This document shows, one piece after another, positions 22,001 to 34,614 of a stretch of 34,902 bases of DNA. A program made the position numbers and the translations under genes. Each line of letters starts with the position of its first letter. Position 1 is the first letter of the stretch. This stretch comes from Pseudogymnoascus verrucosus. Taxonomy: Eukaryota. Location of the stretch: NCBI GenBank assembly GCA_001662655.1, contig KV460294.1; one strand, 5' to 3'. The notes beneath the pieces were generated by a model. The model saw nothing but the letters and a program-made list of their open reading frames with translations, was not told the origin of the DNA and ran no database searches.

Positions 22001-23436
22001 GCTCACGGGTAATGCATCCAGAGCATATCTTCACCTCCCCTCCGTTCAGGGGCTTGTTCTCATCATCATCGTCGGTTACCGTATCAGCTTCGTCCTCTGA
22101 ACGCGACTCTGAAGTTTTGGGAGCTCCCGCAGCACGCTCAAAGGCTCGTCGGCGAAATTCTGGATTTTGCATCGCACTGGTGCAAACCAGGGTTGTTGTG
22201 AGTTCTAAGGTATCAGGTGATTTGGTGAGGGGCTGTTTCGCCAGCAGTTTGGGCTTCGAAATAGTGTGAGTAGGTAGATGGAGCTTTGTAATACCCGGAG
22301 GAAACGGGAATAGCGTCATCTTGATAGGGATTTGAGTCTCTACTCTCGACTTCAATGGAGTCGGGTGAATGGCCAAAACTGGCTTATACATGTTATCCAT
22401 AAGAGACATGCCAGCCGAGAAAGGCATCTGTTGGGGAATGCTGTTGTTCATGCGCATAGGCATAAAACTTCCGCCATTCACCATCGAGTTTGGTATGCTG
22501 AAGTCGTAGCTTGTTTGCCAGGGGTTGTTCTGTGCCCCATTACCAAGCATCGTTCCATTGATAAATTCTACTCCGCCGGAAGGGGACGGAGAATTGTTGA
22601 AGAATACTGATGGTGAAGATTCCTGGCTCGTGATCATTGTGGACAAAGGAGAGGCTTCGCGGGATGCGTTGGTCGTCAGACCGTGCATATTGTTTGTGAT
22701 AGAATTTTGCTAATAATCGTTAGTTCTTTGACTGGAAATTGCTATAGCTATCAACTAGGGAACTCACCGAGGACTTCGAACGGTGACCTGCGGCTCTATG
22801 CTTCATAACTGGGGTATTTCGACTTGAAGTGTCATGCTTGATAGTTGGCATTTCCGGCGACTTCATGGCGGAGGCGAAATGGCTTGGGCTGCTTGCAGCA
22901 CTATCAAAGTCGAAATCGTTTTCCATTATCTTATCGTTAAAATCGAACGCTGTAGCGGTCGAGGACGAGGCCGTTGTGGCGCTGTATGGCCCGTAGGCCT
23001 CTGAATCGTCCGGTCCATGTCCCCCCTCCACTTTCCAATCGCCCATCTCAGCATCATTCATTGAGGCGTCTTTAGCTTCGAAGGTAGGTTCTGATGATTC
23101 TGATGATGGCTTTCGTTTATTGTATGTTGAGGAGTCTGAGGACGAGTCATGAAAAGAGCCGCCTGGAGAATCTGAGGAAGGTATCGAGGGCGTCCGTGGG
23201 CCTGTCGCAACGGCGGAACTCCTGTTTTGAGTGCTGCCTTTCTGGGCTATCGCAGGTGAGCCAAAATTCGCTCTCCTCTCTCCGGGAGGAAGGTTTTGGT
23301 CCAGGAAAGCACCAGGGCTTCCCGAAGCTATGTATGGCGTGCCTGGGTTGAAGAACTCGAAATCCTGGTCGTCTGGATCCTCCGACACATCCAAATCAAG
23401 AATGAAGGGAGACGAATACGGCTCAGTGCCCGGCAT
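19003..23436 (-). CDS. MGA2: SPT23/MGA2-like ER-membrane-anchored transcription factor (IPT/TIG + ankyrin + C-terminal TM), ~1438 aa; exons 23436-22768, 22709-19191, 19131-19003
   Basis: KSRVETQIPIK, CSGCITRERKRA, RIACYCRHQ, IPT domain (IHKMIPNEGPKAGGIEVTCLGSGF), ankyrin repeats (GQTMLHLA, GFTPMHFA), PY-like motifs LPDY/PPAY, and after splicing the TM RSDRKLFFIWIPILVIIVATMLY. Confidence 0.93.
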
Positions 23437-24762
23437 CGCCTTCGTTTATCGGGCTCGGTCTATTCACCGGCGTGTCCTGGGTGCGGGAGATAGGATTGAC
23501 GCCTCGTAACAACCCCCAGCCCGACGGTCGTCTTTCGCGGGTGCTGATCAATGAAGAGTATTGAAATTGAATCGCAACCTATCGCCCGGACATCTTTATC
23601 GCAGATGCTGAGTTCAATAGGGGTGGGATGAATGGATCTTTTGCGGTTGAGTCTTCGAGGGAGGCGATGGTGTGGTGCCCAACGGATCGCGTGAGTCGGA
23701 TCGAGTCGATGTTGGAGGTATTATCGCAATGATCGGATGCCTCTGGCAGCGATAGGAGGTCCAGAGTGAAGCAGCGATTGAATGGTGATGGCTGCGGGGA
23801 GTGGTTGTGCAGTACAACAGGCAGGTCGAGGTTCGATATCGCCGACGTTGAGGGATCTGGAGCGAAGAAAGGCTTGGCAGTCTACGCGTTCCTACTTCTT
23901 CGTACACTGACAGGCGAAACTGGGGGGGCTGCAAAGTACCAGTACCTTGTTATCGCGTATAAATTTGGGGGGTTAGTAAAGTATCAAAAAGTCACTTTGT
24001 AGAGTAATCGACGGGGTGAAATTCAGAAATACTTTTGCGGGAAGGCAAATGGACGAAAAGGGACCCTTAGAGTGCGAGTATCTCAACCAATAAAATACTG
24101 TCCAATACATCCTCTATGAAATATAAATATAATCATAATAAAAACATAAAAGCATGACTACCTCCGTAAGCACGACTCGATTGCTACGTACGTACTTGTG
24201 TAATTCAAAACATAACTTTTAATAGGTGTGTGAAACTCGCTCATCTCGTTCATCTCGCTCATCTCATTCATACACCGCTGTTATATTATGAAGAGATTAT
24301 GATGAGACACTTCTCCTATCCTTCTCCTGCTTCTTCTTCTCAAGAATAACAAAAGCTTATCCACATCACATCACCTCACCTTCACAAATTCACAATTCAC
24401 AATTCAACCAGTACATGTCCAACGCTGAATGTTGATACTCCTACTCGATTAAGTACATACATACTACGTCCATCGTGGTGGGGAAATACGCGTAGTAACA
24501 GGGTCAACAAGGCTACGCTGTTACCCTGTTACGGTCCCTTCGTTGTCCGGGTTCCAGAGCGGACTCACAACAACAACAACCACAGATACATCATCTACTA
24601 TTTACATTCCCGATTATCTAGGACGTGACGACCAACAGAAGAGCTCAGAGCAGCCTCTCATCACACCAACATTCTTTACCTTCACCCAAGTTAACTGTCT
24701 CAAGCTTTGTCTTTATGGTCATACAAAGCAAGGGCCATACGTGAGCAGCAGCAACGACCATC

Positions 24763-26934
24763 ATGGATCCGCACGTGGTAAGTTATTTTCAGCTTGATTT
24801 GGGGTGTATAGTATAGGTCGTATCTGATCTCACTATCACTGAGCATACAATCCACCCACAGCGCCGTCGTTCTGCACCCCAGAAAAGAATGCAAGGCTAA
24901 CATCACTAGTTTCCAAGCAACACTCCACAGGGCAAGCCTGAGGGTGATGTGAAAGCCCCCAAATCTTTCTCCAAAGGAAGCAAGAGACTTTTTAGTCACA
25001 CTTTCTCAGGGTACTCGCAAGAGGAAGACAGTGCCAGTAACTACGGAAGTGGCAGCGATGGACGCCACCTTGATGAAGATGACCCGTTCGAGAAGCGTCA
25101 CCGCACCAGTGACTGGCCACTTGGGGGCAATGGGAAGGCCGTTGAAGGCGCTGCAGCTGACGGACCTGATTCCCCAACCAGCAATTATTCTGACGATGGC
25201 GTCCAACCGCGCTCATCCAAGTTCATTGAAGGGAGCATGAGGAACAGAGCGAGCCAAAAGCCGCCAAGAAAGTATGTGGTCACTGAGACCGAGTTGAACT
25301 GTGCCGGGGAAAATGAGTGCACCAAGAATGGGAAGCTACAGCGCAACAAGCTGATCCGCAACTCCAACCACTCCGTACCAGCAGTGGCGGGAGAAGCCAA
25401 AAATGAAGCAAACCGTCACTCGACCATATTCCGCTTCGGAAAGTCCCTGGCAGCTTCCTTCAATCCGTCAAACTGGAAGATATGGTCAAAATCGCAGGAT
25501 CCCCAAGTCCCCGACGACAAGGCCGATGCCGAAGCTCAAGCCAAGTTGGAGAGAGCGTATAGGGAAGTGAAGAACATCGCACCCACCCCGGGGCGTCGAT
25601 TTGGTCCGGCTGGTGGTTCTGCCATCTGGAGCAACCCGCGGTCATCCGTGAACGCTTCAGGCGTCGATATTTCAGAGCAAGCACCACCATCCCAGAAACG
25701 ATATGGAATGGTATTCGACACCCCGCCACCCATGGCAGGATTCGGCGGCGACGACTATTCTGCTCAACAGGGCACAAGCAAACTTTCCACCCCTGCCGAC
25801 CTGTACTCCGTGCCATCCCACCAGCTCTTGCACAGCAATGAAAGCAGATCATCCTTCACCTACGGCTCTATCGCCCCGCCGAAGTCGGTGAAGCATAAAC
25901 TCTCCCGCAAGGACCTCAGGGTGCAGCAGAAGCTCGTCAAACGCGTCAGCAACCTCGAGTCTAAACTCGAAGCTGCGCGTCTCGAGCTGGTGAAATCACT
26001 AGGCACCACCGGCCTCCCGCCACCACAGGCCCGGGGTGGGAAATCCCGATTCATTCCTGGGGCACTGTCATCCCTCCCGTCGGAATCTCTGTTGAATGGG
26101 TACACCCACCATAACGAGTCCACGCAAAGCTATATCGGCGCAGCCTTGACTACAGATGACAAGATCAGTCTCTCCTCATCACGCAGCCATGGCGAGACCC
26201 CCGGCCGTCCCAGCATGTCCAGCTTCTCCTCGTCGGTTCGGGAATATCCAAACAGAGAGTCTCACATCGCCGCAGCAGGCCAAGATGACGCCGACCAAGC
26301 CACCCCTTCCAAGAAGCGAAAGAACATGACCAAAACCTCCACCACAACCTCCACCTCCTCCCATCCGTCAGATGCAGACAGCACAATCACCACCACGCCC
26401 GCCCCCAACCCCGCCAAAAAATCCCGCAACCACAACAGCACTCCCCGCGAGAAACCCAGCCCCGAACTCCTCCTCCCCGACTCCAGCTCCTCCTCAGACC
26501 CCAGTTTCGAGAACGTGGACCCAGAGAAGAAAGCCGTCCTCGTGTCTGTCAGCGCCAAGCAGCAGGGGACGCCGAAGTTGATTGTTAAGAAGCGTCTTCC
26601 GCTCGAGACGCAGGGGAGTAGGATTCCACGCAAGGGGAGCAGGAAGGATACGCCTACTGAGGGTGAAGTCGGGGATGGGAATGCTATTACTGTCACTAGC
26701 GGCAATGTTGGCCTCCAAGAGACGGAGGCGGGTGAGGGTCAGATGAGACAGGGGACGGGGAAATTGAAGAAGGTTGATAAGACTAGGGTGAAGAGTACTG
26801 AGATTGCGCAGGTGGAGAAGCAGGTTGAGGAGAAGACGAAGGATACCAAGGAGAATATCCCAGCTGCGAGAGGGGGGAAAATTACAAGTTCGACTTCGAT
26901 GGACAGTTTTGAGTGGGGGCCTGATGTGTTTTAA
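24763..26934 (+). CDS. Hypothetical, largely disordered Ser/Lys/Pro-rich protein with a short coiled coil, ~679 aa; exons 24763-24777, 24910-26934
   Basis: 661-codon open frame. An upstream ATG micro-exon MDPHV joins it via GTAAGT...GCTAAC...TAG (an alternative in-frame acceptor exists at 24930). Motif-like islands: SKFIEGSM, FRFGKSLAASFNP, RKDLRVQQKLVKRVSNLESKLEAARLEL, FIPGALSSLPSE, C-terminal FEWGPDVF. Function unknown. Confidence 0.8.
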
Positions 26935-28040
26935 ACCCATCGTCACTACAGAAATCAACTCGTGTCAGGAGTTAAGGGGAATGGTGGGGAAGGCATAGAG
27001 GGGCGTTACGAATGATGGATGATAAACTGTACTGTACTGATAATAGCGGCATTGCGCGTCGATGGAGATTTGATGATGAGGTAACGAGTTATGTTCTGCT
27101 TATTTACAAATTGCGAAAGCTGGAGAGCGAGGTATGGATGGAGAGATTTGTTTGGTAATGGAGGGATGATGAGCAGATGAAGGTGGACAATGTGTGTAAA
27201 GCGTAGCGTAGCAAGCAAGCAAGCATAGTTAATATTATTTCGGTGGCACTCTGACTTCCCTACTCCAATGTGTCAACATTACTATCGGGGACTTTGCACA
27301 TCACACCAAGCAGGTCGACATCATATCACTCACATTCACTTCACAAATCAATCATCAAGTCAACACATAATTTTTAAAATCTCCCCCATCTCATATTCCC
27401 AAAAAACTATCCCTAAAAAAAAAGACGGCAGTGTAGCCAGACCTTTGCGCTTTCCCTACAACAAAAAAAACAGCCAAAAAACAGCCATCAGAAGAAAAAA
27501 AGAAGACACGAGCTAAAAGAAAAAGAAAGTATTTCAAGTCATAAAACAACCCCCTCCTTCATATCCCCTCCTAAAGTTTTACAGTACGGAGCACCCCTCC
27601 GCCCCCCATCCTTTTCCGCTTGGGCAGAAAATGAGGGGGGAGGGGCCCGCTACAACTGCACCCCATGCGCACAGCGAGGAAGGACGTAGGAAAGTCTTGT
27701 AGTGTGTGGGTGGCGGTGGTGGTGGTACGGTGGTGGTGTTGTTGCGCATCAGCGCGGGTCGTGAGTAGATGTGATATAATCCGAACAAAAATCCGAGGAA
27801 CAAGTAAAATGAAAGGGGCCGCCGTCGTCTAGAGGCTTCGTGTTGTGTGGTGGTGAGGTGGGTGGGCGCTGTTGAAGTCGCGGGGGGTAGAAATGGTGGT
27901 GTGGTGGTTGAGGTGAAGGAGGTTGTCTAGTGTAGTCCAGCGCACCTGCCGTCCCTCTCAAAGTGCGTGGGTGTACGTATATACGACTCTCCTCCCTGCT
28001 CGAAACTCAAGATCGATCGCATCCAGGCCACTCAAGCAGC

Positions 28041-29768
28041 TTATTCGAAATCCCGCACCGCGCGTGTAAGCCTCTCGCCACCCGCGCGTCTATACTCCAT
28101 CTTATGCTGCTGCGTCAACTCCTCATTATCCAGTTGCGCAGGACCGCCGTTGTGCGAACTCGACGGCCTCTCGCCATTGTGCAGCGACCCCGTGTGCGCG
28201 TTGTTCGCGAAAACCGTCTCGAATGCGCGCTTGCTGCCGGCGCGCTGTGGCTCGGCAGCGGATGTGGATGATGTGAGGGAGGGGTACATGTACGATCCCG
28301 GACGGTCGCCGGGGCTGGGGAGGCTGCCCAGTGAGAGGCGGTGGGAGGGGAGAGAGGGGATGGGCGAGGATGCGAGTTCGTGCTTGGGTTCGTAGGCGGG
28401 GGTGGTGGAGATCTTGATCGGTGCGAGGACTGGGGCCTCGGTGCGGGATTGGTAGGGTGCGTAGGAGGAGGCGTGGTTCGAGTCTTGTTCTTCGCGGGGG
28501 TATTGTGGTTGTGGGAGAGGTGCGCTGGTGAGGGATTGGCGTCTGTATTCGGGATCATAATCTCTCGGGGCTTGGTACTGGCCGTACTGCGGCCTCTCTG
28601 GGTAACTGTAGCCGCCTGGTGACTGTTGGGGCGGGTACTGTGGTGCTTGTTGGTGATATGGCGATTGAGCGGATTGATGTGGTTGTTGAGGCTGGGCGGG
28701 TGGAGGAGGAGCAGGCTGCGCGAACTGAGGAGTCTGGAATTGAGGTTGCTGCGCGGAATGCCCGCCAAATCCCAGGTAGGATCCTCCTTGCTGCGGTGTG
28801 GATGCCGGACCGTGATTATATGGTGCCGGGTATGATGGGTGTGGTGGGTAGGCGTCGGCCGAGGGGCGACGGTGTGCGTACTCGGGCTTGATCTCGCTGT
28901 TGCTGTTGCTCAATGATCGTTGGCGGCTATAAGGCTCAACCGGGGTGGCACTTCTCGTGGATCGGCGATATCCGTTGGCGTCTGCGCGCTCGTCGTATTC
29001 ATCAGCAGCCTTGCCCTCGCGTCTCCTCATGCGCACATCACGACGGATGCGCACGCGGCAGCCTTGCTCCGCCACGGTCCTGCTCAGGCTGGTGCTCTCT
29101 GCGAGTCCGGGGAACTTCTTCGCGCTGAAGACGGTGAAGGCCTCGGACTTGATCTCGAGCCTCCAATCGAAGGAATCCGTTGGCTCGTCTGGGTTCTGCT
29201 TGATCACTGGTCGGGCATCGGTGGCCGACTCTCCATCCTTGTCCTTGTCCTCCTTGGTCTCCTCGTACAGGTTGAAGCTCAGGCGGTACTTTCCCTCGTG
29301 GCGGACTGACAGGTCGGGGAAGATAAAGTAGCCAGCCTCGGTTGGGCGGTCGAGATATGCCATGCCAGAGACGGGCATGCCGGTGAGGACGGGGATCTGC
29401 TGGGCGGTCTGCTGGACACGGCCGTGGATGATGGGACGCGCAGTCTCGAGTGTGGCGAAGACGAAGAAGTTGGCATTGTAGGAGAAGGTGATGTCGTTCT
29501 TGAGATTCTGTGCGTCAATCTCGTAGATCTTCAACTCGACCACGGGCGGTGGGTCGACAGGTCTGCGGTCGGCAGAAGCTATGGGATGTCAGTAAGAAGT
29601 CGAGGAGGACCTTTGTTCAGACGCGTTGTGCTCACATTTGGCTCCCGAGCCACATGCTCTCGCGCGCTCCGGCTGCTGAATGACCTTGAGCTCGTAGCTG
29701 AGCTTGCGGCCCTCGGCCGTCATCCGCGTCACCGTCGCCGTCTCCTGTGGGCGAGTCATTGCATTCAT
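28041..29768 (-). CDS. veA: Velvet-complex protein VeA, ~556 aa; exons 29768-29636, 29578-28041
   Basis: GRKLSYELKVIQQPERARACGSGAK|SSADRRPVDPPPVVEL, YNANFFVFATLE, GMPVSGMAYLDRP, FPDLSVRHEGKYRL, KKFPGLAESTSLSRTVAEQGCRVRIRRDVRMRRR, a Pro/Gln-rich tail and C-terminal MEYRRAGG. Confidence 0.97.
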
Positions 29769-30395
29769 TGTGTCGAGAATGTTTGTCGACGACGATGGGT
29801 ATCGAGTCTCTCCCTCTGCGGTTGTCGTTTGGCGTAGAGAGTTCGAACTCGCTGTCCTCTCTTTTTTTTCTCGGACGACGACGACGTTGGGTGTGCGAAG
29901 GAGAGGTTGGGATGGGGCGGCGGAAGGGACGCGGCAACGAGCGACAGAAGGGTGGATTGTGAGGAGTCTCCTTTCCGAACCGACCTAGGCCTCGTTCACA
30001 CAAGGGTTGGGGAGTTCGGGGAGGGTGGAATCTCGGTAGGATAATGTAACAAGGCGCGTACTAGGGTGGTCCGTACTGGGGGTGTGGGTGGGTGGGGGAG
30101 GGAGGGAACAGGGAAGTAGTCAAAGAAAGGGAAGAAGCAATAGAAGGAGAGGAATTTCCTTGAGGGCTAGAGCGGGAGAAGGAGAGGAGAGAGGCAACGA
30201 GTGGGTGAGGTTGAGTGTGAGGAGTGTCAATAGTGTGAGGTTCGGGGAAATAGTAGAGGGAGCAGTCAGAATAGTGAGAGGAGTGGAGAGGGAAGTACCC
30301 AGTAAAAGGGCCAGTAAGGGTTTGAAGGGATGGCAGTGTAGGATGTGGTTGGTTGGTTGGGGATGGGAAGGGAAGGGAAGTGGAATTGGGGGGCG

Positions 30396-30430
30396 TGGGA
30401 TGGGATGGGATGGGATGGGATGGGATGGGA
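30396..30430 (+). repeat. (TGGGA)7 microsatellite, G-quadruplex-competent
   Basis: Seven exact TGGGA units. Confidence 0.9.
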
Positions 30431-32579
30431 TGTGAAATGTGGGTTTTGGGATTGTGTTGTGGGTAAGGAAAGTAAGTAGAGTACATGGTGTACATAGAAT
30501 AACAGTGGTTGCTATGTAGTACTGGAAGTACCTAGTATGGAAGACGGAGAGAGAGAGAGTACAGGAGTCTGGGTGGTGGGTGGTGGGTGTGGTGTGGGTG
30601 AAGGGTGGGAGAGTTGGGAGAGGTGGGAGTTTGGTATGGGAAGTGCACTGAGCACACTGTGATTTATGCACATGTAGGGTACATTAGGGATTTGGGAATT
30701 GGGAATTTGGAGAGTGGTGGGTAGTGGGAAGAGGGTGTGGGAGAGGTGGGAAGGGGAAGGGGAAGAAGAAGAAGAGAAGTGGCAAGGGTTGGAGTGGAGA
30801 TAAGTGGAGATGGATGGGACAGGGACTAGGATAGAACGGGGTGTGGGCACGGGACGGGACAGAGGATGGCGCGGGAATGGAGGCTTGATCGGGGATGGCG
30901 GGGAATTTGTGGGAGAAGGTGTAGGGTTGGTGGGAAAGCAAGGGTTGGAGGGAAGAGAGGCGAGAGGAAGGGAGAGGCAGGGAGAGAGACAGGTCGGGTG
31001 GGAGAAAGTGGGAGAGGGAGAGAGAGAGGGTGACAGGGGGTAAGACATCGGGAGGTAGGGGTGGGTGGAGTGGGTAGGGGAGTGGGTACTTGTGTGTGAA
31101 TGGAATGTGTAGAAATACGAGAATAGAGACAGACAGTGTAGGAGAGGAGGGAGTAGAGAGAGTTCATAGTACTGTATACCTTGTGTAAGAATACGATATA
31201 CGGTGTGAGAGAGGATTGTAGTGGCAATGAGTGAGTGACTGACTGAGAGGGCTCGATTGGTAGTAGTTGTAGTTGTAGTTGGCTGGTGGCTGGCTGGGAG
31301 GACAGAGGGCTAGGAGAGCTGGGAGGAGGAAGAATAAGCAGCTGGGAGAGGAACACCCACAGACACACCCACGAAAAACAAACATCTGGACACCCTACTG
31401 GTACCTTCTGGTTGGGAGGACAGACAGCTGGGAAATGGGAAAAGCCTGAGTTACGGTTGTTGGGTATGTAGAGTACTCTATGCAAGTACATCTTCCCACG
31501 TCTCGGCTCGGTCTCGCTCTCCGTATTCAGGTAGGCGGGTTGGGGTGGTGGGTGGGTGGGTGGGTGGCGGATGCATCGCAGCCCAGGGTTAGGGGGGCAT
31601 GTGGTTGGCCAGCCTGAAGATCCAGGACGCAAGGGGACGCAGGGAGTGGGGGATTACAGTGGGGTCTGACTGACAGTAGTGGACAGTTAGTTTCGGTGGG
31701 TGGCTGTGGGTGGCTGTGGGTGGCTGCCAGTTAGCTGACACTCACTCTGCCATTAGAGTGGAGTTGGCGGCACCAGTGGGGAATGGTGGCGGAGATGGTG
31801 GCGGGCAGTAGTCTAGTAGAGCCGGGAGTAGCGGGCTGCACGTCCGTCCCTTGCTTGGATGTGGTTTGGTGTGGGTGTAGTCGAGTCCGATGGGTGTAGT
31901 CTAAGTAAAGTCGCTTCCTCTCTAACCGAACACACAGACAGTTGAGTTGGATACAGTATTAGCATAGACCACCTTCAAGCATTGAGTACAGTACTGTAGG
32001 GTAGGAGTGGATGGGTAGTGTTCGTTCATGTGTGTCTGGTCTGGCCTATCTGGTCTGCCTGGCCTGTCCACTCACATGTCTCTCCCTCCTCCACCCTCTC
32101 TCTGGCTTGTGCGTGTGCCCGTGCGGTGCTGTGCTTTACTGTGTTTCTACTGTCCTGCAGACGGCTGCAGGCGAGGCGAGACTCCGGGATCCCGAGTATG
32201 CGAGTTGTGTGTTGTGTGTTGTGTGTGCACAGAGGGAGCATAAAGGGTCTATTCAGCTAGTTAGTGCATAGTAGTACTGTGATCTTACATACACACACAC
32301 ACACCCACAGTAACATAACATAACTCTACCGTACTGCGAGATCTTACATACAGTACACCACCATCCATACTGTAACTCTCTCTCCCATACAACTCCGCGG
32401 AGTACTACAGCACACACACAGCATACCACAGCACACAAACACCAGCGTAAGTACACTTGCAGACTACATGTGCAAGTACTCTACTTCTTCTATTTCCCCT
32501 ACCCTCCCCTACCCGCCCCTACACCTGTGTACTATACTTTACTCAAGTAGCCTGGACGCACAACCGACGCGCCTCGGAG

Positions 32580-32707
32580 GATCGATCATCATCATCGATC
32601 TGTGATCACTCGATCAAACGATCTCGAGGCCCTTTAGTCACGGCTAAGATCAGGGTCAAAGCCCAGGTCAAAGGGTCAAAGGGTCAAAGGATCAAAGAAA
32701 CCTGATC
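32580..32707. promoter_or_regulatory. GATC/GATCGA cluster plus GGTCAAA repeats; candidate White Collar (light-response) element
   Basis: 9 GATC in 128 bp; GATCGA/TCGATC at 32580-32587, 32595-32600 and 32610-32615; GGTCAAA x4. The function is inferred. Confidence 0.4.
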
Positions 32708-34493
32708 ATCTCTCTGTGTGTGCCGCGGTTCTCTTTCATGCGTTTATGGTTTCGGTCCGTAAATAATCATCTGTCTGTCTGTGGTACTACCAACCAACCA
32801 TACCTACTGCCATAGATACGATACTATGGTACTATAGAAGTAGACAAATCTGACCTGTGCTCTACTATTACGATTCTAGCTATTCTATCTATGCTCTGGT
32901 TGCATATAGTACAATACTATACTAATAGTCTGGCTGCATACAGACTCTTCCCTGCATTACTCCCTCCCTCCCTCAGCCGCGTCGTATATGAAATAGACTC
33001 CTAGATGCATACTTCTGCGTCTGCACTCATCCTTTATTTTATGGCTCTATTTCTATCTCCATCTCTATTTCTATTTCAACTTCTTATTTTATTTACCATG
33101 CAGCTATTTATTTACTATATTTACAATTCCACTCACTGTGTGCAACCAACTTTTTATTTATTTTTATATTTTTTGAAAGATATGCAGTCTCAGTTTTAAT
33201 TACTGTGTCTCTTACCCTAACTACACCGCCTCTCACCATAATTACAACATGTCTCTTCCCACTTCTCGTTTTCTGTCTCTCCTGTCTGTCTCGCTGGAAT
33301 GTCAGGTTAAAAGTCTCACTTCACAGCTGCTGATTGGTAGTCGGCGTCATTAACACACATGAACACCCTCACCTCACTTCCCTACTGTACCTCTACACAC
33401 ACATCACACTCCTCACCTCACTTCCCTACCTATACACCCAACTCTACTCACATATCACCCTCCTCTACACACATCACACTCCTCACCACCAGCACACCCA
33501 CCCACCACTCCCTCCCCAAGTCACCCTACCCTCCCCTACCCTCCTCCTCCACCCTCTCCTCCTGCACGCCCCCCCCCTCGATCTCCCCGATCCCGTTCCA
33601 CAATCCTTCCCCAAACCCTTCCACACATACACACATATACCCCCCCCTTACCTCCAGCACATGCACCAAATATCTCCGGCCGGCGTCATTAATACCCTTA
33701 CCTTCCCCCCCCCGACAAGTTAGTCAGGACAGGCAGGACACCCACGCTCCCGTTGCACAGACGACTAGACTCTCTGACGGACGGTCATGCTTGCTTGCTA
33801 TACCACACACACACACTCGTCTCCGAGATCGTAACACCGTAGCGTACCACAGACAGTACTCTAAAAATAAACACTCGGACAAACTTCCTGTCTGTCCAAC
33901 TGAATGATATGACGCCGTACCAACCGCCCCTCTCGCGCTGTAACGACACCACAGCAGGACAGCACGGTGGTATTACGTGTCACTCACTACCCTCAAGGTA
34001 TAATATAACACAGAACACAGACTCATCGTCGGGAGTGTTTTGCTCCTGTCGTTACCCGCCTGGATCTAACAGCTAGGAGTACAACAGCATAGGAGGTGGT
34101 GGCTGGACCTTCCCTCTGCCTGTCTGCTACCCCTAAAGAAAATACGCCTAGACCTACCTACCTACCTACCCACCTACTTCCCTCCAAAACACACACACCA
34201 GATCTGTCATACAAGAGTCCGTATATAAGTTGCTGATCCTCCCTCCCTCCTGTCGTCCCCCCAACACCTCCGTGTCACTCACTCACTACACTACACTGCA
34301 CAACACAATACAACACACAACCACAGCCGCTGGGAGGAACAGCACAGGGAGGGCCAATGATAATAAATAGCCACCCCGTCCGTCCCAGGAGGAGTGCTGG
34401 TGTATCTGTATGCGTGTGTGCATGAGCGTAGGAGATAGGGATGTCCGGTTGCCGAGGTGGTGTGGTGTGAGTGAATGTGAATGTGAGTGTGAA

Positions 34494-34517
34494 NNNNNNN
34501 NNNNNNNNNNNNNNNNN
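34494..34517. other. Assembly gap (24 N) next to a poly-G run
   Basis: N run followed by G14 (34518-34531). Confidence 0.98.
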
Positions 34518-34614
34518 GGGGGGGGGGGGGGAAGGGAGGTCACTCTGACAGTTTTTGAGACTGTTGAGTATATATAGTATTTGTATACACGACACCATCT
34601 TATTCTCAGGGCTG

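Noticed and set aside
29769..29987. 72-codon open frame upstream of the veA ATG as an N-terminal extension
   Set aside because: No ATG/GTG/TTG/CTG start in frame; the lack of stops is expected from the skewed composition.
30061..33907. Pro/Ser/His/Leu-rich ORFs of 100-268 aa upstream of veA
   Set aside because: They are translations of low-complexity skewed DNA, open in several frames at once, with no protein-like features.
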